Positions 1 through 13,988 are shown, counted from the first letter of the whole stretch. The stretch is DNA of 63,181 nucleotides, filler included, from Octopus bimaculoides (GCF_001194135.2; 6 parts of 6 records of this genome joined end to end with filler, not necessarily neighbours in it); one strand, 5' to 3'. Program-made: numbers and translations. The notes: a model not told the origin generated them from the sequence alone.

Positions 1-131
1 TAAGTGGTCCTTTATAATCCGGTCTATGACCATTGCGGTTTATATTTTGTTTTATTAACAGTGAGGCATAACAAGCTTCGACGTTGACGCTAGGGGACGG
101 ATCTGTCTGTTTAGGGTAAGTTTTTTGAGAC

Positions 132-204
<73 letters not shown>

Positions 205-372
205 GAGCGAGAGAGCAGTGCATGCCATCAAAGTGATAGTGGAGGAAAATATACGAAGATTCAGTATACCCATCATGACTACCCGTCTGATAAGGGTACA
301 CCAGGTACGTGCATTACAACCATATGTGCATGACATGGTGATCTCATATCAAGATAAACAGCGCATAGCCTT
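205..372 (-). mobile_element. 3' fragment of a high-copy cephalopod retroposon with (TAA)n tail
   Basis: Ends ...GGCATGCACTGCTCTCTCGCTC directly into (AAT)n on the minus strand. Resembles an octopus repeat I recall; single copy in this window. Confidence 0.45.
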
Positions 373-875
373 GTTATTATTTATTTTCAATCTGCATGTT
401 TGTTACTGTCACTTGCTGAGACACACCCAACATCATAGGGCGAGTGAAAGACAAGAGATGTTACAGTATGAGAGCAAGTGGCAGGGGCAGTAGCGAAATA
501 TCTTCCTGTAATACAACACAGACATTTGAATTGATAAGGTTTTGCTATGATGTTAAGAAGACAGTAAAAGGTGTTTGCTGTTATGTACATTTAAAAGTAT
601 TTTGACACTGTTTACGGATTAAAATATTTTGGGGATTGCATAGATAATAATTTAAGTGTGATATGGGAAGTTCCCACTCGCACTATTTTTGTCAATTTCT
701 TCCATTTTTGGATTTCCTGGTGTCTGAGCTAGGTAGCAATCAGCCCATTTTTCTATCATTCCAAGGCATTTATGAAAACATGTATTGCTTTAGCCTTGAC
801 GGTCAACATTTTGCCAATTTCTATTTCAAAATCTTTATACTTGCTCAGTTTTTGGTAGTTCTTGACAGATACTGT

Positions 876-958
<83 letters not shown>

Positions 959-1235
959 TTATTATTATTATTATTTTAAGGTTCCTATTAGAAATATTTA
1001 TCATCTTTATCATGCTTCATTTTTTGTCTTGTTTTGTTCATGGATACTTTGTAAAATTCTCCGGTCGTTTTTGATTTATTTATCAACGGAGCGTGTAAAC
1101 AATAATTTGATAAATTGCCATCATTTCAAAGTTGTTCAAGAACGAATACACAAACATACCAAACCTCGTATTTAAACCATGATTGGAAATGTCGTACAGT
1201 TTTATAACAAAGGCTCACTAGTTACTGTGTATGCT

Positions 1236-1392
1236 GCAGGCGTGGTAGTGTGGTAAAAGTTTGCTGTCTAACCAAATGATACCGAGTTCAGTCTCACTGC
1301 GCGGCACGTTGCGCAGGTCTCTTCTACTATAGGCTCGGGTCGACCAAAGCCTTGTGAATTGATTTCGTAGACGGAAATTGAAAAAAACCTGT
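1236..1392 (+). mobile_element. SINE family A head (tRNA-derived plus CORE-like domain), 3' truncated
   Basis: A-box-like GTGGTAGTGTGG and B-box-like GAGTTCAGTC; matches other family A copies (27131, 13989). Confidence 0.8.
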
Positions 1393-1404
1393 TGAATATA
1401 TATA

Positions 1405-1807
1405 TTCTCTTTTACTTGTTTCCGTCATTTGACTGCGGCCATGTTGGAGCACCGCCTTTAGTCGAACAAATCGACTCCGAGACTTATTCTATATAAGCCT
1501 AGTACTTATTCTATCGATATCTTTAGCCGAACCGCTAAATTATGGGGACATAAAGATACCAGCATCGGTTGTCAAGCAATGTTGGGGGTGCAAACACAGA
1601 CACACAAACATACACACATACATATATATATATATACATATACACGATGGGCTTCTTTCAGTTTCCGTCTACCAAATCCACTCACAAGGCTTTAGTCGAC
1701 CCGACGCTATAGTAGAAGACACTTGCCCAAGGTGCCACGCAGTGGGACTGAACCCGGAACCATGCGGTTGGTAAGCAAGCTAATTACCACACATCCACTC
1801 CTGCGCC
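1405..1807 (-). mobile_element. SINE family A, near full length
   Basis: Head GGCGCAGGAGTGG...GGTTCAGTCCCACTGCGTGGCACCTTGGGCAAGTGTCTT (CORE-like), central (CA/TA)n, tail ...GGCGGTGCTCCAACATGGCCGCAGTCAAATGACGGAAACAAGTAAAAGAG. Confidence 0.9.
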
Positions 1808-1821
1808 TATATGTATGTATA

Positions 1822-2340
1822 TTTCATTTACTTGTTTCGGTCATTTTACTGCGGNNNNNNNNNNNNNNNNNNNNNNNNNNNNNNNNNNNNNNNNNNNNNN
1901 NNNNNNNNNNNNNNNNNNNNNNNNNNNNNNNNNNNNNNNNNNNNNNNNNNNNNNNNNNNNNNNNNNNNNNNNNNNNNNNNNNNNNNNNNNNNNNNNNNNN
2001 NNNNNNNNNNNNNNNNNNNNNNNNNNNNNNNNNNNNNNNNNNNNNNNNNNNNNNNNNNNNNNNNNNNNNNNNNNNNNNNNNNNNNNNNNNNNNNNNNNNN
2101 NNNNNNNNNNNNNNNNNNNNNNNNNNNNNNNNNNNNNNNNNNNNNNNNNNNNNNNNNNNNNNNNNNNNNNNNNNNNNNNNNNNNNNNNNNNNNNNNNNNN
2201 NNNNNNNNNNNNNATATATATATATATACATATACACGATGGGCTTCTTTCAGTTTCCGTCTACCAAATCCACTCACAAGGCTTTGGTCTGCCCAAGGCT
2301 ATAGTAGAAGACACTTGCTGGAGGTGCCGCGCAGTGGGAC
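1822..2340 (-). mobile_element. SINE family A copy spanning an N gap
   Basis: 3' tail at 1822-1854 and head at 2234-2340 match the adjacent copy. Confidence 0.75.
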
Positions 2341-2399
2341 CCCCATTAAAAGGTGATATCCTAAGGAAAAATATATTAGTTCATTCGGTATGCACGGGA

Positions 2400-2680
2400 A
2401 ACAACTCAAACATGCTCCGGCTTCATTGTCTCCACCAGCTTCACTGTTGATATCATGCTGATCAATTCATCGTTAGCGTTGCCGTTCATGTTGTGGAAAA
2501 TTACTGAACCGTCATCTCTATAAAGTCCGGAGTTATCGGGCTGGTTCACCAATATTAGTATTATACATTGAGCAGGTCGTGGGAAACAGAACTATTTAGG
2601 GAATAAATAACTGAGACACTATTCGCATGAAAACCAATAGTTACGTTACTGTCTACATAGAGAAACAATAGTGGTAAAAT
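2400..2680 (-). pseudogene. Penelope-like element reverse transcriptase remnant
   Basis: Minus-strand translation NSGLYRDDGSVIFHNMNG (YRDD at 2522-2511). GLYRDDG is typical of PLE RT motif C. Upstream VTIG resembles the VTMG motif. Frameshifts and stops present. Confidence 0.6.
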
Positions 2681-3506
2681 AAGAAGCAGCTGACTTTGTA
2701 CAACAACAACAACGATACAACTACTGCATATACAACAACAATTATTAATTATAAACAACAGCCGCCTATAAAACAATAACACCAACATACAAGTTCATTT
2801 GGTTGCTATTTCTAACAGTTCAAGCGAGCACGTTTCCTTATTGGTTCGTAGATGTTGTTGTTGTTGTTGATGATGATGATGATGCTGATGATTATGGTGA
2901 TGATGATGATGATGATATCTGTACTGCTGTTCATGGTGATGGTGGTTGCTCTAAAATAAATGAAAATGATGGTGCTAATGATGATGATAACGATAATGAA
3001 GAAACATGATGGTGATGATGATGATGATGATGATGATGAAGAAGAATTTGTGATTAATGGTTATCGTCCCCCACCTCCAACCAATACTCTTCCAGCCCTT
3101 CGTTCACTCCTCTGCTTCCTCCCCCCTTTAATTCCCCCACCATCACCTCACAAGGTCCTTCATATGAAATTTAAATTAAAATTAAATCGGAGTAATTAGT
3201 AATTTTTCTTTCTTCTTAAAACTGACGGCAGCAAGGTGTGTTTAGCAACAGCTGCTGATGGTGGTTCTGGCGGGAGTGGGATGGATGGGGGTAATGGTGC
3301 TGGTTGCATAGTTAAATTAGATGGTGGCGGTGGTTAATAAGGAAGGGTGTGAATGGTGGTCACGTTAGTTGCAGTTGGTTCTTAGTGGTGGTTAATGGCT
3401 GTGGTTTTCAGTGATGGTGGCGTGTAAAAGGTTAGAGTTGGTGGTTGTGTGTAAGAGAGGTTTGCGGAGACGGTTGATGGTGGAGTTGGCTACATGTGAC
3501 TTGCTA

Positions 3507-3725
3507 CGTCTTATATCTTTTACTTATTTGGGTCATTAGAATGCGGCCACGCTGGGGCAACACATTGAAGAATTTTTTGTCGAATAAGTCAAAATCAATA
3601 CTTATTTTTTTAAAATCTGAAATTATCGAAATCTTTTGCCGAACCGCGAAGTTACAGGGACGCAAACAAACTAGCACCTGTTGTCAAACAGTGGCGAGAG
3701 ACAAACACAGACACAATGACACACA
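3507..3725 (-). mobile_element. SINE family A 3' half, diverged
   Basis: cttttacttatttgggtcattagaatgcggccacgctggggc...gccgaaccgcgaagttacagggacg matches the family A tail. Confidence 0.75.
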
Positions 3726-4726
3726 CACACCCACGCGTGCACCTATGCACATAGATATAAACATGTGTGTGTGTGTGTGTATATCATTGCTATTTTGTTA
3801 AACTTTTGTATCTCCAGATTTGGCCAAATACCTTTTTTTCAATATTTATTTTTGCTTGCAAATGCCGGTTCTTTTGGTCAAACTATCATATCTCCAGCTG
3901 CTTCAGATGCCAAGATATCAAAAATTGTCAAAGTGTAGTGCAACGGTTTTGCTATGGAATGGTGAAACTATATTTTTTTGTTTTCTAAAAAAAGCAACGT
4001 TTGGACATACGACGCTTTTGCATAATAGCAAATTATCCAAGCGACGTTTATATCTTCAAGCCAAGGGTATCTTGATTGAATGAAAGTTTACATTGACGCA
4101 AGGACGTACATGTCAACACACAGAAGATTCATTCAGAATGCGTAGAGCACAGTAAGAGTGAAGAATATAATTGTGGAGAGATATTAGTAATATTTACGAA
4201 CGCAGCAACCCTGATTGAAGGAACGCAGGACTACCATATGTCCGATAGTTTTTCAAACGACAGGGTGTGATTTGAAGGGGATTTGGCTGCTAACTTTAGC
4301 CGGTCAAATGCTCACATTGTAGCTCTCTTGTCGGCAAGTGCACCAGTAGGATGTAGGTGAAGGTCGAGGGTCACGCCCATCCTTAATTAGATTTGTGAAT
4401 CAGATCCTTGCATGACCTTATTTTAAGTTCGCACACAGTGGAAGTGTGACAGACGCCGTATTTAATGATTCTTAAATATTTGTTTCAGAAAGTATCCTGT
4501 GGAAAAAAAAATACCTCCCCCCACAAAGAAAACAAAAAAAAAGACCCCTTCCTCCATCACATGCCATGGATATTAATCACAGTTTCTCTCAGATCTTTAA
4601 TCAATATCGTTATTTAAATTTACTGTCCAAGAATCAAACTTGTGTAAGGAGAGGTTAACAAGGGAGACAAATGCAAAGCGTATCAAGCGGTGAGTTTATA
4701 AAACAAATGATACGAAATACGACCTT

Positions 4727-5265
4727 TTGCTCTTTTACTTGTTGTAGTTATTGGATTGCGGCCATGCTGGGGCATCACTATGAAGGATTTTAGTAGGTGA
4801 TGAGAATTCTATTACATTAAAGAAAAACGAGAAGAAAAGTTGAGGTTCAGGCATGGACGGGTGGTAAGGAAACTCGCTTTACACGGACGTGGTTTCGGGT
4901 TCAGTTACACTACACGGAATCTTGAGCATATCGCTTCCATTATAGCCCTTGGTCGATCAAAGTGTGGTCAGTGAATTAGTTAGATGGAATCAGTGGGGAA
5001 GCTTGTTATATCTATCTAGCTATCTATCTGTTTGTCTATCTGTCTGTCTGCATGTGCGCGTGAGTGGTAGTAAGTTTTGTCGTTGTGTTTGAGTTTGTCA
5101 CGCATTACAACTGCTTGACAACGGGTGTAATTTTTGTTTAATCCCCATAGGTTAGCGGTTCCGTAAAAAGCCCCCCCAAATACGTTAGACTAAAATACGA
5201 TATACCAGAATTCAACAGAAAATAAGTCCTTGAGTCAATTTGTTCGACTGAAACTCTTCTAAGCG
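4727..5265. mobile_element. Two diverged SINE A copies: minus-strand 3' end (4727-4790) and plus-strand full copy (about 4845-5265)
   Basis: Family A tail motif gcggccatgctggggc; head ggtggtaagg...gggttcagtt; body ggttagcggttccg. Confidence 0.65.
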
Positions 5266-5354
5266 AACCAAAGAAGACATACGAATTAAAAAAAGACTTG
5301 TTTCATAGAAATATTTGGGCATGCTATAACTATGATTCAGCATTATTATTATTA

Positions 5355-5417
<63 letters not shown>

Positions 5418-5821
5418 GTTGTAGTAGTAGTAGTAGTAGTAGTAATAGTAGTAGTTAGCAGTGAACTCTAGGGAGAAATGAACTCTCGAATATCTTCAGA
5501 GAAGAAGCTTCCTTCATGCATGCTTTTAGGCCCTCAACAGCTTACACTCTAAGGGGCCCGGGCTGCATGCTACTGTCTGCATTGTAACCCCAATAGATGC
5601 TTAAGATACCCCAAATCCAATGGATGGTTAAGGTACTCCAAATCCAATGTACCTTGGTTGTTGTAACCAGTTCAATGACGGACGCCAATTGACTGTTGAG
5701 TTGACCATGTCTTTTGAAATTCACTTCCATTCCACCCTTACCAGTTCCTTACTTGGAACTCTTCTCAGCTGCTTCTGCCGTTGACCCCCCCCCCCACAAA
5801 CATACATAAATTTACATATGT

Positions 5822-5970
5822 GTACACACATAGACGACGGTCCTCCGCACGATATCCGTCTATCAGTTTCACTCACAAGGTATCATCACAAGTCAGCCGA
5901 AGAATATGGAGATGTAGTAGATGCAGGAATGAACCCACGAACGTGGTTGCAAAGCGAACTTCACAACCAA
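5822..5970 (-). mobile_element. SINE family A head, highly diverged
   Basis: gacgacgg...ccgtctatcagtttcactcacaagg...gaacccacgaacgtggttgcaaagcgaac is the reverse complement of the family A head. Confidence 0.55.
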
Positions 5971-7034
5971 ACGGCCATGCTTATTATATGTATAAGACAA
6001 CATTTATTATATAATATAAGCAGAACCGACACCAAAATCATGGGGCGAATATAATAGCAGAGAGGACGATGCTCCAATTTAGACATTGTCATTACAATGG
6101 AAAGTAAGCTGTAAAGAAATAAAGAACACACACACACACACACACACATGACGCGCACAAACACACACACACACACACACACACACAACACCTGACCACA
6201 TTCTAAACAGTTAAATTAATCTCATATTATGATTAATGCAAATGTCAAATTAAGGAAATATTCGAAATAATTTGTTTAAATAACCATCGTATTATTGATA
6301 CGAATGTTGACGCACGGAGGAGACACACAGACATAGAAAGAGAGAGATAGAGAGGGGGAAGGGGGTTGAATGAGTGTGAGAGAGAGATAGAGGGGAGAAT
6401 GAGGAAGAGAGAGACGCACTCACACACGCACGCACAGACACACACGTACACAGGTATGATACACATATATAAACAAAGATCACAGAACATACACAAAAAC
6501 AACACAAACATCAACAGAGACTCACACAATCAGACATAAACGGGAAGAAGCTGAGGAGAAGGAGGAGGAGGAGGAGGACGAAGAAGAAGAAGAAGAAGAA
6601 GAAGAAGAAGAAGAAGAAGAAGAAGAAGAAGAAGAAGAAGAAGACAATATACGCACGTGACGTTTAAAGCGCATTCGGAAGCCCACACGCACGTATCCAC
6701 CAATATAAACGCTCTGACAATTGTCATATTTGCACAGTGTCGCGCACACAGCACCATGTAAGAGCATACACCTGATTACAGTCTAATATACATCTATATA
6801 CGCACACAGCTGCAATATATTACAATTTAACATTAAGAAGAATCGCAGGAAAAGGCGGCGAAGAACGACAAAGAGAGGAAAGAGGAGGGGGAGGAGGAGA
6901 AGGAGGAGGAGGAGTAGGAGGTAAGGAAACAGTGTTGGTGGCTTTAAGTGATAACTGATGCGGCTGAAGTTCAGTCGGAAGTGAATTCGAAAAGGACAAA
7001 AAATTACTGCGGTCGATCTTTCATCTTTTATCTC

Positions 7035-7250
7035 TCATACTTGATTCAGCGATTAGATTGTGGCCATCCTGGGGCACGGCATTGAAGGAGTTAGTTGAAC
7101 AAGTTGACTTCTAATACTTGTTTTTATAGTTTTCTTCTAATTCTAATGGCTGATTTGCAAAACCGTTAGGTTACGGGAACGTATACAAACCAACATCGGT
7201 TGTCAAGCGGAAGTGAAGGGAGAAAACACAACACAAAATTACACACACAT
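7035..7250 (-). mobile_element. SINE family A 3' half
   Basis: gtggccatcctggggcac...aaccgttaggttacgggaacgtatacaaaccaacatcggttgtcaagcg. Confidence 0.7.
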
Positions 7251-7559
7251 CGATGTATAAATACATACATACATACATATATATATNNNNNNNNNNNNNN
7301 NNNNNNNNNNNNNNNNNNNNNNNNNNNNNNNNNNNNNNNNNNNNNNNNNNNNNNNNNNNNNNNNNNNNNNNNNNNNNNNNNNNNNNNNNNNNNNNNNNNN
7401 NNNNNNNNNNNNNNNNNNNNNNNNNNNNNNNNNNNNNNNNNNNNNNNNNNNNNNNNNNNNNNNNNNNNNNNNNNNNNNNNNNNNNNNNNNNNNNNNNNNN
7501 NNNNNNNNNNNNNNNNNNNNNNNNNNNNNNNNNNNNNNNNNNNNNNNNNNNNNNNNNNN

Positions 7560-7607
<48 letters not shown>

Positions 7608-8044
7608 TCACATGCATACATATATCTAGATACATGTCATGTCCAAATATATGTGCATATGTACTATTAAATATTAAATAGACATACGATAATTTGTCGT
7701 ATTCCACCGCACCGAATGTGGTCAGTGTAATAGGTGCTTTTATTAAGTGCAAACTTAATAGATATAATGTTGGAACTGGCTCTGGGACGGAAGTGGCTTG
7801 TTCCGGAGAAAAAAAAGGTAGATGGCGTGAGACCAACTCCAAAGAGCGCCACAACATTAACACCCTTCGTTAGAGAAATGTGGATTGCCACAGAAGTAGT
7901 CAAGGTATTGATAATAGCAGCTATTTTGTGAAACAGAATCCATCATCCTTCAATATATCAAGAAAGCCGGTACTTTACCGAATTCTATTGTGAATAGAAT
8001 GACCAACGGACTTTATGAAACGTTTTCCTCTTACTCGTCGGAAT

Positions 8045-8360
8045 AATTGCAGAGTTTCCATTGAATTACTCCAGAAGAATCACTGCGTACAAACCAGCGT
8101 AGCATATAAAATATTTAGTGAAGAATAGCAGTAAGGATTATATAGGGGCCACAGTGAACCCCATGAAGCAGCGTATTTCAATGTCCTCAACACTAGCTTT
8201 AACATCACTGGTGGAGTGCATCCATAGTGAAGCAAATATAAACATTAACTATGATTTCATATGGTCTGTGGTGGAATCTACCCTACAGGGATAGCAACAA
8301 CGCGCCCCAATGGGTTGTTCACCAAAATGGAGTTTCAGATTGCAGTTTTCGCTGACATTG
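8045..8360 (+). pseudogene. Penelope-like GIY-YIG endonuclease remnant
   Basis: NCRVSIELLQKNHCVQTSVAYK, frameshift, DYIGATVNPMKQRI (YIG 8139-8147) ... NINYDFIWSVV ... PYRD ... This is the motif order of PLE endonucleases (CxC linker, VY, YIG, R, W). Confidence 0.65.
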
Positions 8361-9094
8361 CCAATTACACAACAGACCATTCGGCATGTCGAAAAGTGTG
8401 TGTTATATAAAGCTTATTGCGATTGTGTTTTATGGTGTTGGTATAGTCAACTTTAAGGGAGTTTGTAGTAAACATCTTACGATATTTATGATACGTCGGA
8501 AATTGAAAAGAAATTAAAATTAGAAAAGCTTTGACAAAATTTCCGAATCTGTTTTAAGTAAATTATATATCATATTATTAAACATTTCTTGAGATATAAG
8601 GCAAGTAATATATTGTATTTTAATTTGAAAAACCGCTTTAGCAAATTAAGTCACATTAGCATAATAATAAGTAAGAAACGCTAATAACCATAGCATTCAT
8701 TACAAGACAATGAAGATATACATCTATAAATATTAGATATTAAATTTCATAGAATATTCGTAAGGTTTTTAATAAAGGCGGAATTTTATTTGCATTTAAA
8801 TTTTGTCTAATGATAAAAAATATTCTAACTGTACAAATATTAGTATGTATTGTAATTCGGGAACATGTTTCATCAAATAAAAGTATTTTAGCATAATTTC
8901 TCAATTTGTCTACCTTGTGATCGTACGTGCTGCTCGAAACTAAACGGCTATAGTCTTTATAAAGACTTAAACGTAAAGCAGGAAAAAAAAAAACATGCAA
9001 AATGGTTCTAAATATAAATTGCAATAATTTCGTATAATACAATTCTATCATTTGCTCACATGGTGACGTCAAGCATTACGTCTTTTACACACAC

Positions 9095-9670
<576 letters not shown>

Positions 9671-9799
9671 AACGAGTTATCAAAGACAAAATGGATATTC
9701 TTGTATGTGAAACATTATCCCAATATTAAACTCACTGAACTGTGCAATGGCTTTGACATCTGTTTAGTGGAAGTTTTTTTATTGTTCTTTTTTGCGCCC

Positions 9800-9990
9800 T
9801 TTTAAAGCCTAGCCAAGTTCACGGTCCCGGTTTCCCGGTTTCAATGGCGTGTGTGTTCCCCACCTGGACGGGACGCCAGTCCATCGCAGCGTTACTCATT
9901 TTTGCCAGCTGAGTGGACTGGACCAACGTGAAATGAAATGTTTTGCTCAAGAACACAACGCGTCGCCCGGTCCAGGAATCGAAACCACAT
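9800..9990 (-). mobile_element. SINE family B, subfamily B1 (tRNA/CORE-like head plus GATGGACTGGCGTCCCGTCCAG domain)
   Basis: Head GGTTTCGATTCC...TTGTGTTCTTGAGCAAAACA. Body resembles the conserved Nin/V-type SINE core (from memory). Tail ...GGCTAGGCTTTAAAAGGGCGC shared with 36020. Confidence 0.75.
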
Positions 9991-11241
9991 GTGGAAGTTA
10001 TACTTATATACAAATTTTACAAAAGTAGATTGGATAAGATTACAGTGTTGTGTGATACCACCAAACCAATCAAATACTGACATGTCATCGTTCCATAATT
10101 GAAACGATACCAGGTACTTCTTGATAAATATAATTAGATATTGTGTATGCTTGCTAGATATTTCTTATGTTGTTTCTGCAGAGTTATCGACCCTGTATTA
10201 AGATGACTAGCAAAAATTATCTTTATGATCTTTAAGTGTTATGAATGGTATGCATGGACCTAAAAATTCAACTCATACTCCTATATAAAGAGTAAAAACG
10301 AGTTTCATAGTGCTTCGATTTAAGAGACTGTGTGGCTGCTTGATTGCATGACTGCGTGTCTCAATGGTTGTCAGGCATTCTCTTCATATATGTAATATTA
10401 TGAGATAGTAGTGTTTTAGTTTGTGCGAGGAAGATTTTGGGTTTTCGTCGACGATGAATTTTGGAATTAGGTAAAAATAAAAAAAAAAAACGTTTACCGT
10501 ATTTTGAAAAGTGTTGTTGACTTTCCAATATCCTAGAGTAAGGAACACACACATACACACACACACAATTAATTAAACACGTAAACACACTGAAACAACA
10601 TACATTAAAATAAAAATATCAGATGATATTTTAATAATTTTAAACGCCAAAGTTTCGAAACCATATTCCAATGCCAAGGGACAATAAACACATTTTATTA
10701 TGGAATTGCGTAAAATGATACGTTTATATAAAATATCTATTTGTTTTAAATTGTGTAATATATTTTATATAAATTATTCATTGATATATAATTATTCACA
10801 AAGAAAAACCCATACACACATATAACGCCTAATACACATGTATGTATGTACGTACGTATATTTATATACATACGCACGCACATAATATACAGTAATATGT
10901 ATGTGTATATGTGTCTGTGCGCACGCGTGCCTGCGTATAATTTGCAATTTATATCTAATAAGTTTTTCAAATTTCTGACACATTATGTACAAACATCTAG
11001 ATTTAAGCTTATCAGTAATGAGATATAATTAATGATGTAGAAGGCAGTGCGTGTTTGTGTGTGTGTGAAAGTGTGTGTCTGTGTGTCAGTGTGTGTGTGT
11101 GTGAGTGTGTATGTCGGTGTGTATGTATGTTTCATATTTTATACTCGATCGTTCTTTTTTCATTTCTGACATATAATGTTCAAACAGCTAAATTTAAGCT
11201 TATCAGTAAATGAGATATAATTAATGACGTAGATATAATTA

Positions 11242-11287
<46 letters not shown>

Positions 11288-11486
11288 TTTTCTTTGTCTT
11301 TATATATAAAGACGCAAACGCATGTACATATATACACACACACGCACTCTCGCTCCGTCTCTGTAAGAGATGCCACCCCACACATATATGCAAATTTAGA
11401 GATAAATATGCTTGTTTATGTACACGGGTTCTTTCATATGACAAATTTGCTAAGATGAACATACATCCGTATCTGCTTTTATCTTC

Positions 11487-11536
<50 letters not shown>

Positions 11537-11540
11537 TGTG

Positions 11541-11581
<41 letters not shown>

Positions 11582-11807
11582 CGTATGCATGCTGACATAT
11601 ATACAGAAACAAATGGATCTGCGTCGGATTAGACGATGCACTTCGATTGTCTGAACAAAGAATTACCTGCTCATTTAATTAGTATGTAATTGGCTGAGCG
11701 TTCAAGAGAGTCACGTGTATTTGTGCAGTAACTCTCAGGTGAACGATTGTAACACAATGCCTGGCAGGGCTGTACTCTTCTATTACTGGCAATGTAAAAT
11801 CGATTTC

Positions 11808-11950
11808 ACAGGCTTCCGTACAGTTTCCGTCTGCCTAAATTCCATCATAAGTTAGTGTTGGCCCCGAGAGAATAGATATAACAAAAAGATACTTGACCAA
11901 CATGCCTCTCAGTACAATCGAAACGAGAATATTTAGGTTGCAAATAGAAC
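11808..11950 (-). mobile_element. SINE family A head, highly diverged
   Basis: acaggcttccgtacagtttccgtct...gatacttgaccaacatgcc... Confidence 0.5.
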
Positions 11951-12122
11951 AGGCTAGCCTTTCGGACATTGTGTCCACCATATGCCAAGATTAATCAGGG
12001 CGAAACTGTATTTGCAATGATTTTATGACTGCTACTTCATAAGTGCAGCGTCTTCATGCGTCTTCCTCTATGATGAGTACCAATTGATGAAAGTATCAGG
12101 CGCTAAAATACTCAGACTCGAC

Positions 12123-12126
<4 letters not shown>

Positions 12127-12183
<57 letters not shown>

Positions 12184-12251
12184 GTCTGCCTGTCTGTCTG
12201 TCTGTCTGCCTGTCTGTCTGTCTGTCTTCTATCTGTCTGTCTGTCCGTCTG

Positions 12252-12320
<69 letters not shown>

Positions 12321-12338
12321 ATATCTATCTATCTATCT
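12127..12338. repeat. (CTAT)n-(CTGT)n-(CTAT)n compound tetranucleotide repeat
   Basis: Directly visible. Confidence 0.95.
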
Positions 12339-12339
12339 G

Positions 12340-13110
12340 CTCTCGAGCAACTATGCCGTCCCGGGTAGACCTTGAGCGACTTCAACACAACCAAAGCATT
12401 CTATAGGGGGTTAGTGGAGGTGAGCTACGATGACGATCTCGGAGCAAACCTGGGCGTCGACGAGGAATACCTGACCAACCTGTTCAAGACGACTTTCGGG
12501 CCGGGACCAATGGACAAATTCCTGAGATACCTACCCAGAATAATGGGGGAAGAAGAACTGTGCTATAAGAACTCCCCAATAGCAATGAATAAGTACTTAT
12601 CTAGCACGGAGGACTAGATGTTGTGACTTGTGTGCCAACACGAAAGGAGAAAAGTCACATTGTATTGCTGAGGAAGCTTGCAAAGTCCAACCGAGGATGT
12701 TCAAAGTGTCTTCACTGACCCAAGAAAATTTCAGGAGATGCAAGTGCACCCCCGCACTCCCTGTTCCTGAGCCTATGGTTACACAGGTGGTACCAATAAT
12801 AATAATAATCATTAACGAAAGTGGGTGTGTTGTGGATGAGATTGATAGGATGAAAATAAACACATTTGCCGAATCCGTTCATAAGATTTTCCCGTTTTCA
12901 GATGAAAGGACAATGTGGGCAGAGAGGAAAGTACTAGATCCCAACAGGTTTCTTGGAAGGTGGGCGAGGGGGTCAGCAAAGTCCGAGTGAACGGTCTTGC
13001 TCTGAGTATGTGCCTGCAGTTTGGAGGACGACAACTGGAAAAGAGCACTACCTTTTAGAGTCAAAGTGTCCGTGGTTTTACAGTGTCTCCGCGATGTAGC
13101 CCTCAGAAGT
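12340..13110 (+). pseudogene. Tx1/L1-clade non-LTR retrotransposon ORF2 C-terminus (5' truncated)
   Basis: [41 protein letters not shown], then CDLC...H...C zinc-knuckle remnant (about 12625-12680), then W.ERKVL...F..RW. This is the layout of L1/Tx1 zf-RVT tails. Stops and frameshifts present. Confidence 0.65.
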
Positions 13111-13351
13111 CTCCTTGCTTTTGGGGAGTTTTTATTACATTTTTGCCATTTTTCTTGTTATTTCCCCTTCTTACATGGTCTTTAATGTAATTCCACAATA
13201 TATTAACCTGCACCGAACCCGATCTTTTTTGCAGCCCCTGTACTTAAGAATCGAAACATTACTATAATTATTACAAGCACAGGAACTGTAGATTTTTGGT
13301 AGCGTACACAACAGTTTGCAGCACAATTCTAATTCCACACTCAACTCGAAC

Positions 13352-13499
13352 TCAATCAACGAAATTTATACGCATCTATTGATGGAAAATGAAAAAAAAA
13401 AAAAAAAATCAAATAAAAAATTATAAAATAAAGAAGCAAATTGTTCTCTTGCTTACGAAAGGAAGCAAAATTGCACCGTTGACCATTTCAGAAATTAAC
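13352..13499 (-). CDS. Putative last two exons 13499-13457 (LISEMVNGAILLPF) and 13375-13352 (MRINFVD-stop), separated by an 81-nt intron
   Basis: Intron gtaagc...long polyT...catcaatag (13456-13376). Upstream acceptor attttgacag. Phases 2-0 then 0-stop chain correctly. No homology support. Confidence 0.3.
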
Positions 13500-13988
13500 C
13501 TGTCAAAATCTACGCAGAAGTGGGTAATACTTGGCAAAGATTTGCATAGAGATTCTGAGGAAGTAAGCAAAATGTCAGTTCCTTAGTTTGTTATTTATAG
13601 TCCAAGACACTGGAAGACCAATCTCCAGACTTCAATTTCAGTTTTACTCTACTGTTTCAAAAGTGTTTCACGCTTCTAACACGGTTCCCTCGCGATTTCT
13701 CTTTCATATCTCTTTAATCACTTTTTATTTCGTCTCATTCTCCGTTTTCTCACGTTGATGCAAAACGCTCACGCGCGCGCGCACCCGGAGACGCACACGA
13801 ACACAAGCAAGTACATAAATACAGATGCACATTAACACAGACGCACACGCAAAGATTTTTACACATATACACAAATACATACACACACGTACATGTTTTT
13901 ATATTTGCCTATACGCGCTTATACAAATTCATACGCACAAACACACATAAGTATGTACGTATATATATTTACGTATATGTATATATAG

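Noticed and set aside
5460-5790. Possible RLE-LINE C-terminus (AEAAEKSS...WIW) on the minus strand
   Set aside because: The motif is split by about 100 nt and very short; not enough to call.
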